From contig JAVECL010000110.1 in assembly GCA_051942245.1 (NCBI GenBank), forward strand, positions 1 to 51,244: a stretch of DNA of 51,244 nucleotides, written 5' to 3'. A program made the translations under genes and the position numbers. The DNA comes from Trypethelium eluteriae. Its lineage: Eukaryota. The notes beneath the pieces are model-generated. The model had not been told where the DNA came from. It worked only from the letters and a program-made list of their open reading frames with translations, and did no database searches. Below, piece after piece: positions 24,123 through 36,308 of this stretch (positions are counted from its first letter, which is position 1; the number at the start of each line of letters is the position of its first letter).

Positions 24123-24805
24123 ATGCCATTGTGCTCGATTCTAGACACGAATTCCAATGTGAAAGATCGCGCGACAAAGCTTGCGTCTCTTTTAGAAACT
24201 CCCTCATATCTCGAGAGTTTGACCAAGGCTTCAGGCTTGAGAAATGATATGAATGTGTTTCAGTTCACATGGACTGACGATATTATGTATTTGGTAGATG
24301 AACTTGCTACTACTATGGTACCGATAAGATGTACGTTGTTGTGGCTATCACTGAATCCCATTAGTCACAGGATATCCGTGTTTTGGTGAAAAAGGCCGCA
24401 GGAGTGGAGTTCAGAAACTTGCAGGAAGGACAGACCCCTCAGAAAGGGGTCCTTTACTTGGTTGAGAGCGCTCTTGAGACACGGCAGAACGAACTCGCCA
24501 TTCTTCTACCGTTACCGGTCTCTATCCATACGACTAGAGAGATCCTTCAACGCGTTCAGATTCCCACCGAACTCAAAGAAAGTGTTGGGTCAGCCACCAA
24601 CACAAAAGCCTTCCTTTATCTTCAAAGTACGACTGGTAAGGAGAGCTGTGACATTACTTTCCGGCCTGCATCCACCACCATAGTCTACGACAGCGTCCGC
24701 TTCCACATCAAGCCTTCGGTCCCCTTCTTCTTGCTGCTACTTCCTACAAAACCATTGCTAGAAGACGTGATACGAGACCAGGGGAGCTCTGAACTCCAGA
24801 GTTAA
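24123..24805 (+). CDS. Hypothetical protein, two exons
   Basis: Intron 24318-24364 (GTACCG..CTGAA..TAG) joins the 24123 and 24383 ORFs in frame. Confidence 0.6.
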
Positions 24806-26563
24806 CACCAGATCAGGCACTCTTTGACTGCTTCGAGATTAGCAGCGGTGGGAGGATCTGCTTGTGTTTGAGAATAGATGATCTCGGATGACGCATGTCC
24901 ATCCACAATGAAAGAGGATACAGAAGCACTCTCTTCTTCACTCCCTCTGATAGGATTGTTTGACCGATCCAAGTGTGTAGTGAAGATGGCGCATTCTGTT
25001 GGTGTTCTTCCATACATGTTGCCTTGGCGGGAACCGGCCGTCTGGCAATTTACGCCAGCGTCTCCCTGTACCCAGGATCTCGACGAGCCGCTCCTATCGA
25101 GTAGGTGCAGGCAAGTGTCTGTGAGATGGGTTGATAGCTGAAGGATCTGCAAGGAACTTGAAAGGTGAAAATAGCGCTTTAAGAGCCGGATGCACCTGAT
25201 TCACCGAGTTGTGATCGAATGTCAACCCGTTCGCGTCGTATTGGAGAGCATGGCATACATCATGAAGTCTGTGAGCTGGTGAGCTTGGCCAATCTCATCT
25301 TAGTCTGGGTCTATACGAGATCTTATCTGTAGCTTCCCCTACGTATGAGAGGAAAACAAATGTCTGCAGAAAGAATAGCGACTTCATAGCTCATGCTTCA
25401 TGGAGTGAAGAATTCATGAGAGTAGCAAAAGTCGAGACCGATAGTAACAAGCTGGTCTGGACATCAACTGCGCCAGTTGTGGCCCTTCTTGGGATTATGA
25501 AAGATATCCTGGACGTGAAACATCCGCACAACATCTTCGTGATCTTTTCCGTAGGAACAACTTCAACCAGTCGTGGCCTCCATTCAGAGGTTTTCGGAAT
25601 ATTACGGAGAAAGGATGTCCTGGCATCATAATATGCTTCACACCAATGCTCTCTGATTGCTGTGATTTTCGTTCGTTCAGACTTGGCTGATCTTTCAATA
25701 TAGCGTGACTGGTCTCCAGATTCCACTGTCGTTGGAGGTCAGGGCACTTTTGGCAGTACTCCAGCATTACCTGGTGCCAACTCCCATGCTCTCCGTTCGG
25801 GGTATGTCCCGTTCTGAGAGCACGTCTACCAGCCAAGGGGCCTGTCCACTAAGCCAAGTTTTTAGTACGGCGTACGAGCAGATATGGAATAGCGCATGTT
25901 GAGGTTTCAGAAGTCGTCTCCACCCACCATTCTACGCGGGATATACCGTACGTCAAGCACAGACAAAATTCCTGCTCACCTATCTCTCATTTTGCTACGC
26001 CAAACAACATTACTGAGACGGCTCACGTATCGACGAGTTCAGCTTTGACGCTCAGCAATGATTTGCGTGGTTCTGTGTTAAGATCCTCGTCGCTCGGTAT
26101 GAACTCACCTCACCGCATTGAGACTTACACGCTTATGCACCCACGCCCGATCCTGCTTGCTTTTCCCCCGAGCGTCTAATGAGTCCCTTGAATTGGGTCG
26201 ACTGCCTTGTTGCCCGTTTTCAGGGGTAAATTTCCGGGCAGACACGTCCTTCATGTCGTGTCCCCACATTGAACGACCGCGCTGGAGATGTGGAGCATGT
26301 CAGGCAGGAGCAAATGGTAGCAATTTCGCCGATGATCGAGTCATGTGCCAGAACTAGCGTGATACTTTGAGGTGGCTCAGCATCTTGCATGATGACTATC
26401 GCATGTCCGTTATCGCCTGGAATAGAACGACTACATGGGTGGGGAATTGGATTCCCCAGCTTCCGCCTCTGTACACCAAACCTGTTCTTAAGGCACCTGA
26501 TGCTTAACGAGTCCCCCTACCGTTCGTAGAAATCAAACACGTGTGGTTTCACATACAAACGCT

Positions 26564-27320
26564 ATGTCGATTTTCGATCTGGACGAAATTTCCGTTGTTG
26601 GCGATTCTCATATCATGTTGTCGGCAACCAGAAACTCTGCACTCTATAGCAAGATTCAGAAAGGTAGATGATAATTTACCGTCCGGAATCCATTCTAACC
26701 TGTTCAAGGACTCGGACAAAAATATCTTGTTCCTTTCCACGGTTTTCGGTAGGTTTGTTCGAACTTGACAGACTATACTAATTGGCTCAGTGGGAAGAAT
26801 GTGGGTGGAATATGCACTATACTGCGTCACATCCTTGAGCCGAAACGAAACGTACGAGCTGTGGTAAGTTATGCTATGTAACTTATTGCTACAGCTCACA
26901 AGTCTTGAGATGATTGTCGCGGGAACGAATAGCGACTGCCGTGATAAACGATGGGAGTCTGATGAAGTCATTCGGTCCAACTTGCGAGATGCCCTTGAGA
27001 ATATCGCAAAAGAATATCCGAGTTGTTTCATATTACTCAACACTCCGCCTCCCATTCAGAACGACCGTGAGTACAAAAAATTCACAGAAAATGGACAGGA
27101 GATGAAAAAAATATGGAGAGAGCAAAAAAGGATCGCCGAAATTGCCAGCGTGATCAGAGAATTTAAAGGACTCAATGTTGGAATCTGTGATCTGTACAAG
27201 GCACTTTCGGAGAAAAAAGGCAACTGGCATACTGATGGCATCCACCTGAGTATCGAAGCTGAAGAGATTTGGGCCAGCTTGGCAATAGAAGAGCTGGAGG
27301 CCAATGGAATTAGGGAATAG
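26564..27320 (+). CDS. SGNH/GDSL hydrolase (esterase), four exons
   Basis: The spliced product MSIFDLDEISVVGDSH..GFRGKNV..MIVAGTNSD..TPPP..TDGIHLS contains block I (GDS), block II (G), block III (GxN) and block V (DxxH). Confidence 0.8.
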
Positions 27321-27781
27321 AATAGTAACTGCAATTCAAGACTTCCAACAGCCCAATTCCATCATATATTAAACTTTTCAGCTTAGGAAGAACTTCTGCT
27401 GAGCCTGACCACTGGCCTGTGCACTCTCTATGTATCTTGGGCGAGATTGCCCCCCTATTCTGGCTTGAGGCTTTGCCTTAAATCTGCCAAGCAGGTCCAT
27501 CTCAAGGCTTTCCTCCCCCACCTGAAGGCGTACCTCCTCTACTCTAAAACTTCGTGCCTCAGCACATCTATCCTAACACTCAAAGTCTCATTCCTTATCG
27601 CGTCGTTCATCCCTATCAACATGCCTCTCTTCCTAACACTCAAAAATTCTTTTTCCCCAACTCTCAAGGTCCCGCTCTTCTCGTTCCCCAAGACTCCGCT
27701 CGCGACTTCGTCAAAGGCTTTACACACGAAACTCAGGTATGAGCGATCCTTGAAGCAACCTATTGTTCTGACTGACCGAGA

Positions 27782-28342
27782 TTGAGCAGTATCCATGAAC
27801 ACGTATCGCCAAGTCATCGACCGTTCTTGGATGATCCAGCGGGCTCTTATAGGATGTTGTACTCGTCAGGTTCACATGTACTCGTTACGCTTTTCCATGC
27901 GTTCCGACTTGATTTGGATTTACTGCAAGTGCAGTGCTATGCAAATATTCGACTCAAAAGAAAGACCGAGCAGTTTTGCTCAATTAATGGAAGCCTGATA
28001 CGTCAGAAATTTCAAGTTCAGAAATGGCAAGATCGCCTCGTATCCCTTTGGCCAGCGCTTCGGGAGAAACTCCCGGATAGTCGTTATACATATGTCCTCA
28101 TTTTCTGCACAAGTGTCACTTATCCACTCAATCTTGAAGATGATCTACCACTCGACGTCTACCACTGGACTCGGTATTCCGAACTTGAAGAGGTGCTTGA
28201 ATGTTTGCGAAGGAAAATTGAGGAAGGCCATTCTTTAGCATGCGCATTCATTGAAGGTCCGGAACCGGAGCATGGGTCGAATGTGGGTACACTCTGCAGT
28301 TGGCGAAGGAAGGCGTCCAACGGCAACACGATTTTCTACTAG
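27782..28342 (+). CDS. Hypothetical protein (last exon; 5' exon probably in 27447-27737)
   Basis: 186-aa ORF with globular-protein composition. A GTATGA...CTGAC...CAG intron can link it in frame to the upstream 27447 ORF. Start uncertain. Confidence 0.4.
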   Translation: MSSIHEHVSPSHRPFLDDPAGSYRMLYSSGSHVLVTLFHAFRLDLDLLQVQCYANIRLKRKTEQFCSINGSLIRQKFQVQKWQDRLVSLWPALREKLPDSRYTYVLIFCTSVTYPLNLEDDLPLDVYHWTRYSELEEVLECLRRKIEEGHSLACAFIEGPEPEHGSNVGTLCSWRRKASNGNTIFY

Positions 28343-28746
28343 TTGGCGCCACATAAGAGCAGATTCCCCTCTTTAGTCATGCGTTGAACCATCTTTCTCG
28401 ATTATGTGTTACTGTTGAGTCTCCTTGATATCCTGACATCATATTCATCAAATTAAAGGCTCTATATCGGTTTAGATCTCCTTGGCCTGCACCTGACGGG
28501 AGTACGGTGAGAGATCGTCCGCCTGAGTATCATAGACCTTAGAGTTTTAGAAGAATGCAAGATTATGCTTTATATTCTGATTGGTCTTCGATCTCCACTG
28601 AGCTATGGCCGCGTTGCTGGTGAGATAGGCATGGAGCAAGCGTACATACAGTGGCTTGCAGAAACAAGACAGATGCCGAGCTGAGCGCGTAGTACAGCAC
28701 TAGGCTCTTGATGAGGTGCAGCCATCACGGACAGCAATGCCATGTA

Positions 28747-28891
28747 AAGGTACCCCGTGCAGCAGTGGGTCAGGGATTGGGACATCGACCAGGAGCTGGC
28801 TGGTAATACCTGAAATGTACAGTAGCCAGCCTTAGAAGGTACCCCGTGCAGCAGTGGGTCAGGGATCGGGACATCGACCAGGAGCTGGCTG
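28747..28891. repeat. 56-bp direct repeat (28747-28802 and 28836-28891), one mismatch
   Basis: AAGGTACCCCGTGCAGCAGTGGGTCAGGGAT(T/C)GGGACATCGACCAGGAGCTGGCTG occurs twice, separated by 33 bp. Confidence 0.9.
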
Positions 28892-29029
28892 CTGTACATC
28901 GTCCGATTCGACACAAGAGGACGGGAACACGGAGGACTTATATTGTAGGATATGTTCAGAAATATCAAAAAAAGCTACTCGAGTTCCTGACAATCAGTAC
29001 ATTTTCGCCTGGACAATTCGATTGAATTA

Positions 29030-29964
29030 ATGGAGCCCGACTGGAGTGAAGAGTTTAGCCTGGCTTTCAAGGACCCAGGATTGGTTGCGAACCTCAAGAA
29101 CGGGGAACGGGTCGCTGCTCACCTCCGCTGCCGCCTCTTGTGCACTGTTTTCACGTGCCACGTATGTTGGAGGGAGGAACGGATGGGTGGCATAACACGT
29201 TTTCGAACTAAGGTCCTCTTCATCACTGGAAGTCGACGGGTAACATCGGCATTCAAAGCTGATTGCTATGTCGTTGAGAGAGAATTTGGGTATTGGAGCA
29301 AGAAATTTGATGGTCATCGGGTGCAAGTCGAATTACAAGAGCCCTGTGATCCAGGGGAGGGTTACGTGCAATGGTGTTCACCTATTGAGGAAAGATTGAC
29401 ACAATTACAGTCAGCAGGCTTTTTATGCTATTACTTCGACACTGAGCGCAAAATGCGGTTTTTTAAGGAGCGTGAATGGATTTACATTCTCTCAAATTTT
29501 CAGGAATTCCTTAAGCATCGACCTGAACTCGAGGCCAGGCTCAAGGATAAAAAGAGAAGGAAAGAGTTGATGGAGAAAGTGATTTGCGAGCCTCGTTTTT
29601 GGAACGGCTATCTTCCGGACAATCTTATAGACGAGTCGGAATGGGATCCAGACCTGCAACACATAAGGCGCGAATTCCCCAAATATGAAGCTATGATGAG
29701 ACATCACCGTTACCCGTGGCAGTTTGACAACCTTTCAGAGGTGAAATTCCGTCTACTAAGGCTGCATTGGCTGGAGCGATACAGTATCAATCAGGGTATG
29801 TCCATTGTGTTGACCATTTGGTCAGGGAAAGGCTCACTTCCAAAATAGGTCGCGTGCCCATCAGGCCATATGATTACGTCTTCATTAATGATCAGTGGCG
29901 CTGTGCTCTCGAATTAACAGCTGATGAATGGAGGAAATTCACTGGAGGACCTCCACTAAGCTAA
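29030..29964 (+). CDS. Hypothetical protein, two exons
   Basis: The 272-aa ORF splices (G/GTATGT...TAG/GT) into the frame ..GRVPIRPYDYVFINDQWRCALELTADEWRKFTGGPPLS*. Rich in Trp, Glu and Arg; no domain recognised. Confidence 0.65.
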
Positions 29965-30281
29965 AGTAGGCCAAGGATGTGCGATTTGTATCAATTTTTT
30001 TTTTTTGATCTCTTCAATTTCCTTGGAGTAATTATGGATCTCATTATTTAGGATGGTTGTCTGATTAAGGAAATTCTTGTTCGGTACACCTAATTAAACA
30101 GTCAATCTTAGCATTCTAGCAGATTTAGCCTTTACTCATATTGTAATGTTGTGTACCCTCTTAGCGGTATCTACATTCCCTGCGCCGTCAATCATGAAGA
30201 TAGGCTTTGTCATCAGACTGGATCGGGAAATTGGGGAAATTAGGAAATCGGGCGATTGGGAAATTGGCCAACTGGGAAAGT

Positions 30282-30369
30282 GGGCAAGACCTGGACAGGA
30301 CTTGGGCAGGACCTGGGCAAGACCTGGGCAAGACCTGGGCAAGACTTGGGCAAGACCTGGGCATGACCT
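30282..30369. repeat. Minisatellite, 8 x 11 bp (GGGCAAGACCT), preceded by degenerate GGAAATTG units (~30225-30281)
   Basis: Direct reading of the tandem units, each with 0-3 substitutions. Confidence 0.9.
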
Positions 30370-30597
30370 GCGAACTACGGAAAAAGTGGAAGACTGGGAG
30401 GTGACTAGGCTAGGGGTCCTGGTCTCCTGTTCAATTTTGAAATCCTGGTCTAATTAGCGTTTTCATTAGTGGATTGTGGCGGCCTCAGCCCTTACCTGGG
30501 ATATGCCGTGTGTAACGTTTTGCGCTAGGCTTAATCTAGAAACCTGCTCTCCAATCTCAGTTCGCTCCAGTATTGTTGCCTAGTTTTTCTGGCCCAC

Positions 30598-32661
30598 ATG
30601 ACCAGACAAAAAATGTCCAACGCCAGCTCCTCTAGTACAGCTACAGCTAGAGACTCTTTTAGACAGAGTATCAGAATACAATGGCAAATTCCTCAGGGTG
30701 AGATGATATGTCGCCTGCATTGCCCCGATGACTATCTTGGCAAACATTCCTTAAGCGCCATCTGGTCCTTCACGAAACAATACAAGGATGGAAGAGAGGC
30801 CTTTCTCAAAAGCTTTCAAGAGACTGCAGGTATTCCTAGGAACAGGAAGTTTGGTGTGACCTTTATCAAAAGTGTCTGTCGCGAGGCCAGCCGTGCTTTG
30901 CAATCGAAAATCTCAACAGAGTATGAACATGCACAGCTTAGACTTGATAAGAAACAACGCAGGGTACCTGACAATGAGCATTGCTGTACCTTGTACATTC
31001 CACACAATCCGATGACTGTTCGAGACTGCGAAGGAGTCTGTGCAAGATGTCAATCGCAGCTGAGCCTGTACTTTCGAGACCGCGCTGTAGGTCTACCTCA
31101 AATTGACTGCAAAGGCCGCGCAGTTGAGGACAAGAACTGATTACTGCAGGATCCTACCAAGTCTATCCTAGATCCAACTGATCTAAGCCTCATCCCAAAC
31201 CAGCTGGCCAAAGTCCGAACCAATCTACAGTCGCTGATGACTACGGTAACGGACGCCCTACAATTGGCCGACGACGAAATCCAGGCGATCAGTGTTGCTG
31301 TGAAGAATTTGCAGGAAAGGGCTGGTCAACAGGAAGTCAGCAATTCTGAACAAATACCGCAAGAGATGGACTTGGTACCTACTTTATGTCAGGACAACGA
31401 CCGTGACACTCTAAGAGGTACTTTATACTCTGGAAAGCTTTCCACACACATTTCTGATTTTTGGGCAGCAGACAATTCATCTCCCATCCTTAACGGCCTT
31501 GATACGCTTTATCAACCATTTCCTCCGAGTGCTACAATCAGTGAAGCATTACTGCATTCCTCCCAACAGTCAAGCCGAGCGGACTCAGCCTGTCGCTTCT
31601 TTAGTGAAGCTGCTATGCAAGAGAATTTTGGAGGATTACCTCCAGAGTATCAGACAGATCCCAGAGAGTATGGTATGATACAGGATCAGGGGACTACGTC
31701 AGCCCATCAACATATCCACAGTGACGATCGGTCATCGACTGAAACCGAGCCAGCAATACTGCAGAGTCTGGATGGTGGACAGAGCGAGAGTGATGTTTAC
31801 CCATGCATCGATGCTGAGAATCCAGATGATCAGCACTTTCAGGGCAATTTCCAGCCCTTCGATATCGTGCCATCAACTTTTCAAGGCGTCGCGCAGCCCG
31901 GTAAGTCATGCTGCTCTGCCTCATCTTCGGACTGAGCCGCTATGTTTCACTATCTTGGCTAGGACCGCATCCTACCGCCCCAAAAAGATCACTCCATTCT
32001 CTATACACATTGGGAAGCAACTGATGTGCTCCAGTGCCAATTGAAGTCTTGCCAGCTGTTGCACAGCCCGTTCAATCGGATGGTCAGCAGGCGGCGAACG
32101 ACATTAGCATCCAGCTCGACGCAGGTCCTATGCCTTCACTTCCTACATCGGACCTGTCTATCTTGCCAGCATGGGAGGAGCATAAGGAGAATTCTCCGCT
32201 GAATTGGAAGGATAGGTGTAAGAGCCTAAGAGACACTATTTTGGAGACTCTACTGACTTGCGGTAGGGATTGAGAATGCGACAGGTATTTCTGCATTAGT
32301 ACGGCTTGCCAATACAGCCAAACCGATATATATGTTTGCACAACTACCTAATCCTGTCCTTCGAATACTAGTCTCTCAGCGTCAATTAGGAGGATTTTTC
32401 CATGAGATTGATCCAATCTACCCCGAGCGCGTGCCTGGGAATACTGAGTGCCCTTTCTCCATGTACCAATTGAGTCCGGACAACTTGTTCACAATCCTTC
32501 AAGAATTCCAAGGTCAGCAAGTATTTGGCAAGGTGCATATCAATCTAAATTACCAAGAAGATGGGGAATCATGCGTCGCCTTTAGTGTCGGGTTAACGGA
32601 TGTGAGACTTCAGGAGAGGATAAAGCACTTGGCTATGTTTGTCTCCAAACTGTATCCGTAA
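30598..32661 (+). CDS. Hypothetical multi-exon protein with Cys/His cluster, short coiled coil and acidic disordered middle
   Basis: An intron after ..YFRDRA (GTAGGT..CTGAT..CAG) joins in frame to DPTKSIL..MTTVTDALQ. Further GT-AG introns plausibly link the 32034 and 32332 ORFs. Contains the motif HCC..H..C..C..C. Confidence 0.55.
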
Positions 32662-32808
32662 TTCATATCATGGCCTGCGTACAATCCATCATATTTGCAC
32701 TGTCGAAATAAGGTTAGATGATATCAGTTGAGGGGTTTACCACGAAGAACCCCTCAGCGTCTTCGGGAGACAAGACCGTACTGTCTGAAGGAAGTAAGCT
32801 GACAGAAC

Positions 32809-33515
32809 ATGGCTCAAGAGCTACTCCTCACCAATGAGCATTTGGCGACAGTATTTTCCGCGTTCGCAACGTCGTACACTTAACTCATCTGGCCATATCT
32901 GCTAATACTGTCTACAGCTTCAATCAGTTATCACTCCACTATACGGAAGTGTCCAAGCAAGCGCGCGATGCGGCGGCCTACATAATAGTCAAATACCATC
33001 TGGAAGATGTATTTGCGATAACTGCTCTCCATCGACACCGCCTACTTCCTGAGGAGTATATTCCAGTCAGTTCTTGGGATGTCAATCATCACGACCGGTT
33101 CTGGACAAGACCGACTAGTCTCATCGGTCTTGATAGGAACACACTTGATCCAATCAAATTTATGGTCAGCGATAATGGTTGGGTTTCAATTGATCATCAG
33201 TACAAGAATCTCACTGGTCCGAAAGAACCGCCATCACAGTTCTGGGATGAACTTGGAGAGTGTCTTAAGTCCTGGGGTGCTGAAAAGGCTTTGGGAGTTC
33301 AAAGGATCTATGATGGTAGATACATAGAGTATCAAGAGGAGGACGGAGAGCTATCGGTGAAGCTCGATCACATGGAACTCGATCGGGATCATCTTGAGCC
33401 AACCGTGTGGGCTGTCCAACAAGCACAGGATGGAAATCTTACCTACACGGAAATCATGCATTGTCCGAAACGAGACCCTAACGATCCAAAAACGCACGTT
33501 GGCTCCGTTCCCTAA
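32809..33515 (+). CDS. Hypothetical protein, two exons
   Basis: ATG at 32809, an intron ending ..GCTAAT..TACAG, then an open frame with FAITALHRH..FWDELGECL..ALGVQ. Resembles a recurrent fungal hypothetical family (from memory). Confidence 0.6.
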
Positions 33516-35090
33516 CCTGTCTCCATGCTATGGAACTCTATCGAGACAAAGACACGAGATGATGCAACGTTGTAGTATCGAGTTGTTTCTATAAATTTAT
33601 TTAACTTGATTGCAATGTCCAATATGCGCTGCTGCGTATCTCTGACGAGTATGACTCCAGAGCTTCTGTTCAGCTTCTTGTCAAATCATTTCGAGGAAGG
33701 GATGTGCCCGCATTTCCCTGGTTCGTACATTAAAACTTGACAGAAGCTATCCGCAAGCTTATTAAAAAAAGGAATTATAAATACGCTGAGTAGTAGAGGC
33801 ATTCTTGTAATATCAATCCACATTCGGATGTGGACTTCAGAGATCGGCTTATCAATTTTGAGCATCGTCTCTCCATTCTATAGGAAGCTCAGTATGCGGC
33901 TAGAACAACAAGGTATAGGAGTTGACAGTCGAGATCGAAGGGACTGGCCAAGCTCTTCGTACCTCTTACTCCAGTTTGAGATAAAAGTGTGATGCATTTG
34001 TCTTGCACTGCAAACAATCCTGTGGGATACTTAATTGGCATTTGCTATATTGTGATGATACGATTAAGTGGACAATGTCGATGAACCTGGGCGCGGCGAA
34101 GTCGTTTTGCGCACGTACATTCGTGATGGCCTCGAACGTAGTTCGATATTCGTCCTCTCCTAATACTTCAATGACGAAAGACATGAAGACCAGTGACCAA
34201 TCTGCTCTCACACTTCCCTATCAGTCTCAGGGTGAGTTGGCTACGAGAGTCGTCAAATGATCTCTGAGAATTGATTGATAGATATGTCTCGAAGCTAGAA
34301 CGTGACGGTTCGTGTTGTCCCAGTGGGCGAAGTCTTAAGGAGTGGTAGTCACATACGACCTGCCCTTCATACTTCCTCTGAACGACTTGATTGGACATCT
34401 TATGGAGGTGAAGGTGAGGGCGAGGTGTAGAGTATGGAGACGGCTTCGTTCGAGGAGGTAGGTTATACATGTTTAAGGAGTCGAGGTTGACGAGGTTGAG
34501 GCAGCTCATTGGGGGGCAGGGTTGAGATAATCCGCGTGAGAGGCGTTTTTGAAGGTTGTAGGGATACTCGACGCAGAATTCGACCCTCGCAAGCAGTGCT
34601 TAGCTTTGGAGCGATGATGTTGCAGTATTAAGCGCGAGGAAGCGCGTGTCCAGCGCTGCCGATGATGCTTGAAACTCGGCATCTCCTAAGTCTCTGGTTG
34701 TTGGCTTTGTTGTTGCTCGGCTTATTCATCCTATACGAAAGAGATGGAGGCGCCTCCTGGAAGATTCGAGAACAGGTGATAAAGTCTTGGATGAAGGTTG
34801 TCTGATCGGTCCACATTAGTTTATACAATAATGAGCGTTCACGTGGTTCGACTCTTAGCTAGCACTTCTTCAGCACTGTCTGCCAGCTTGTCTGAAGTAG
34901 TTAGAAACGACTTTTTGAAGCTCGCGAGGCATAAGTAGGGTTGTGGACAAAATTCGCCGATATTTGGAGTCTAAAGTCTGAGATACGTAGGTACCTAAAG
35001 GTACTACCTGAAGGTGCGATCACGTGCCTTACGATAAACACTAAAGACTCCCGTACCTTCCTGGGTAACTAGGTACTACCCAGGTCCGCG

Positions 35091-35280
35091 GAAGGGGGGT
35101 TTCTTAACCCGTAATTTACTGAAAATTACGAAAAATTTGCTTTTATAGGCATTGTCTTTAGCCTAACCCGTGTCAACACTAGCTTAACACAGGCATTGAC
35201 GCAGGCTGGGCTGAGGACTACGATATAACAGCAAATTCTTTGTAATTATCTGCAAACTAACGTTTAGGAAACCCCCCTCC
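35091..35280. repeat. ~190-bp imperfect palindrome (foldback; MITE-like relic or hairpin)
   Basis: 35091-35147 matches the reverse complement of 35224-35280 at 45/57 positions. Similarity continues inward, with mostly transition mismatches, to a short central loop near 35180-35192. Confidence 0.8.
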
Positions 35281-35330
35281 CCCTATAGATACTTACCTAT
35301 GACGGGTGGGTAATAGAGGTACCAAAAAGC

Positions 35331-35963
35331 TTACACGCCGTCGTTCATCTTAGCTCGATGTTCCTTGAAAGCAATGATAGCTTCCTTTGAGATCATCCAG
35401 TCCTCAACCCACGTATCTTCCCACTGAACCAAGTATTCGACAGTGCCGTCCATCATCAGCCTTGCCCGTGAGATGCCCTTTATAGGCCAATCACCACCAT
35501 CCACGGGTTCTGGATCTTTCGCACCAGTACTGATCGACTGATCCCGCACGGTGCTTTCCGTCTCCTGACCCTGCGCCACCGTTGTCTGCGCCATCGTCGT
35601 CTCCTGACCCTGCGCCACCGTATCTTCGATTTCCTGGCCCAACGCTACTGCTCTCCTCAGTGCCGCGATCGTCTCGGCCCTGCCACGCTTTCGCTCGGAC
35701 CTCCTCCGTCTGACAACAGACTGCTCCACTAGTGGAAGCTCCTCATCCGAATCTGTGTTTATATCCCTCGAGGGCTTCTTTCTTTTAATCTGGCCACTTT
35801 TGCGCTGCCCTCGTTCATTCGAGTCCGTAAGCGTGTTAGCACGTGGAGTATAAGATGTAGGTACTTGTGATGACCTTGAATTGAATGGTGTAAAAGGGCT
35901 CATCAGGGTGTCCACCGCGAATGGGTTGGGAGGTGTGAATGGAGGGAAAGGAGAATAATCCAT
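35331..35963 (-). CDS. Chromodomain-containing protein (~210 aa)
   Basis: The C-terminal DWPIKGISRARLMMDGTVEYLVQWEDTWVEDWMI fits a chromo-like fold (W..I...YLVxW...TW). There is a basic NLS-like stretch and a duplicated TVAQGQET. Likely ATG at 35963. Confidence 0.7.
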   Translation of the reverse strand: MDYSPFPPFTPPNPFAVDTLMSPFTPFNSRSSQVPTSYTPRANTLTDSNERGQRKSGQIKRKKPSRDINTDSDEELPLVEQSVVRRRRSERKRGRAETIAALRRAVALGQEIEDTVAQGQETTMAQTTVAQGQETESTVRDQSISTGAKDPEPVDGGDWPIKGISRARLMMDGTVEYLVQWEDTWVEDWMISKEAIIAFKEHRAKMNDGV

Positions 35964-36308
35964 AGAGGAACGAACTTGCTCAAATCGAGAACAACTTTGA
36001 GATGGGAGAGGGAAGCTGGAATGAATTGCGATGCTGAGGCAGAATGAGCGCGAACGTTTATCTAGTAAAATATGTGGATTGATGGATCGCGTCAAGGAAA
36101 ACGGTTTCCCGTTTACCCCCTGGCGCAGGATTGACATCCTTGCACACTCGATTACGGTGTTTTGGTTTCTCTCAGGGCAGAGGATTTCCAGGAACGCAAT
36201 CAAACACATGGCTCTCAAAAGTCGATCTAATAAAAACAATTACTCGTACTAAATACAAAGTGCACTTAAAAAACTGGAAACCCAAAATGTATTATTGTAC
36301 AGTGATGA

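Noticed and set aside
30282..30369. Possible CRISPR-like array (also considered for the 56-bp repeat at 28747-28891)
   Set aside because: Units are contiguous with no unique spacers or only two copies, there are no cas genes, and the context is eukaryotic. The ORFs over the minisatellite are repeat artefacts.
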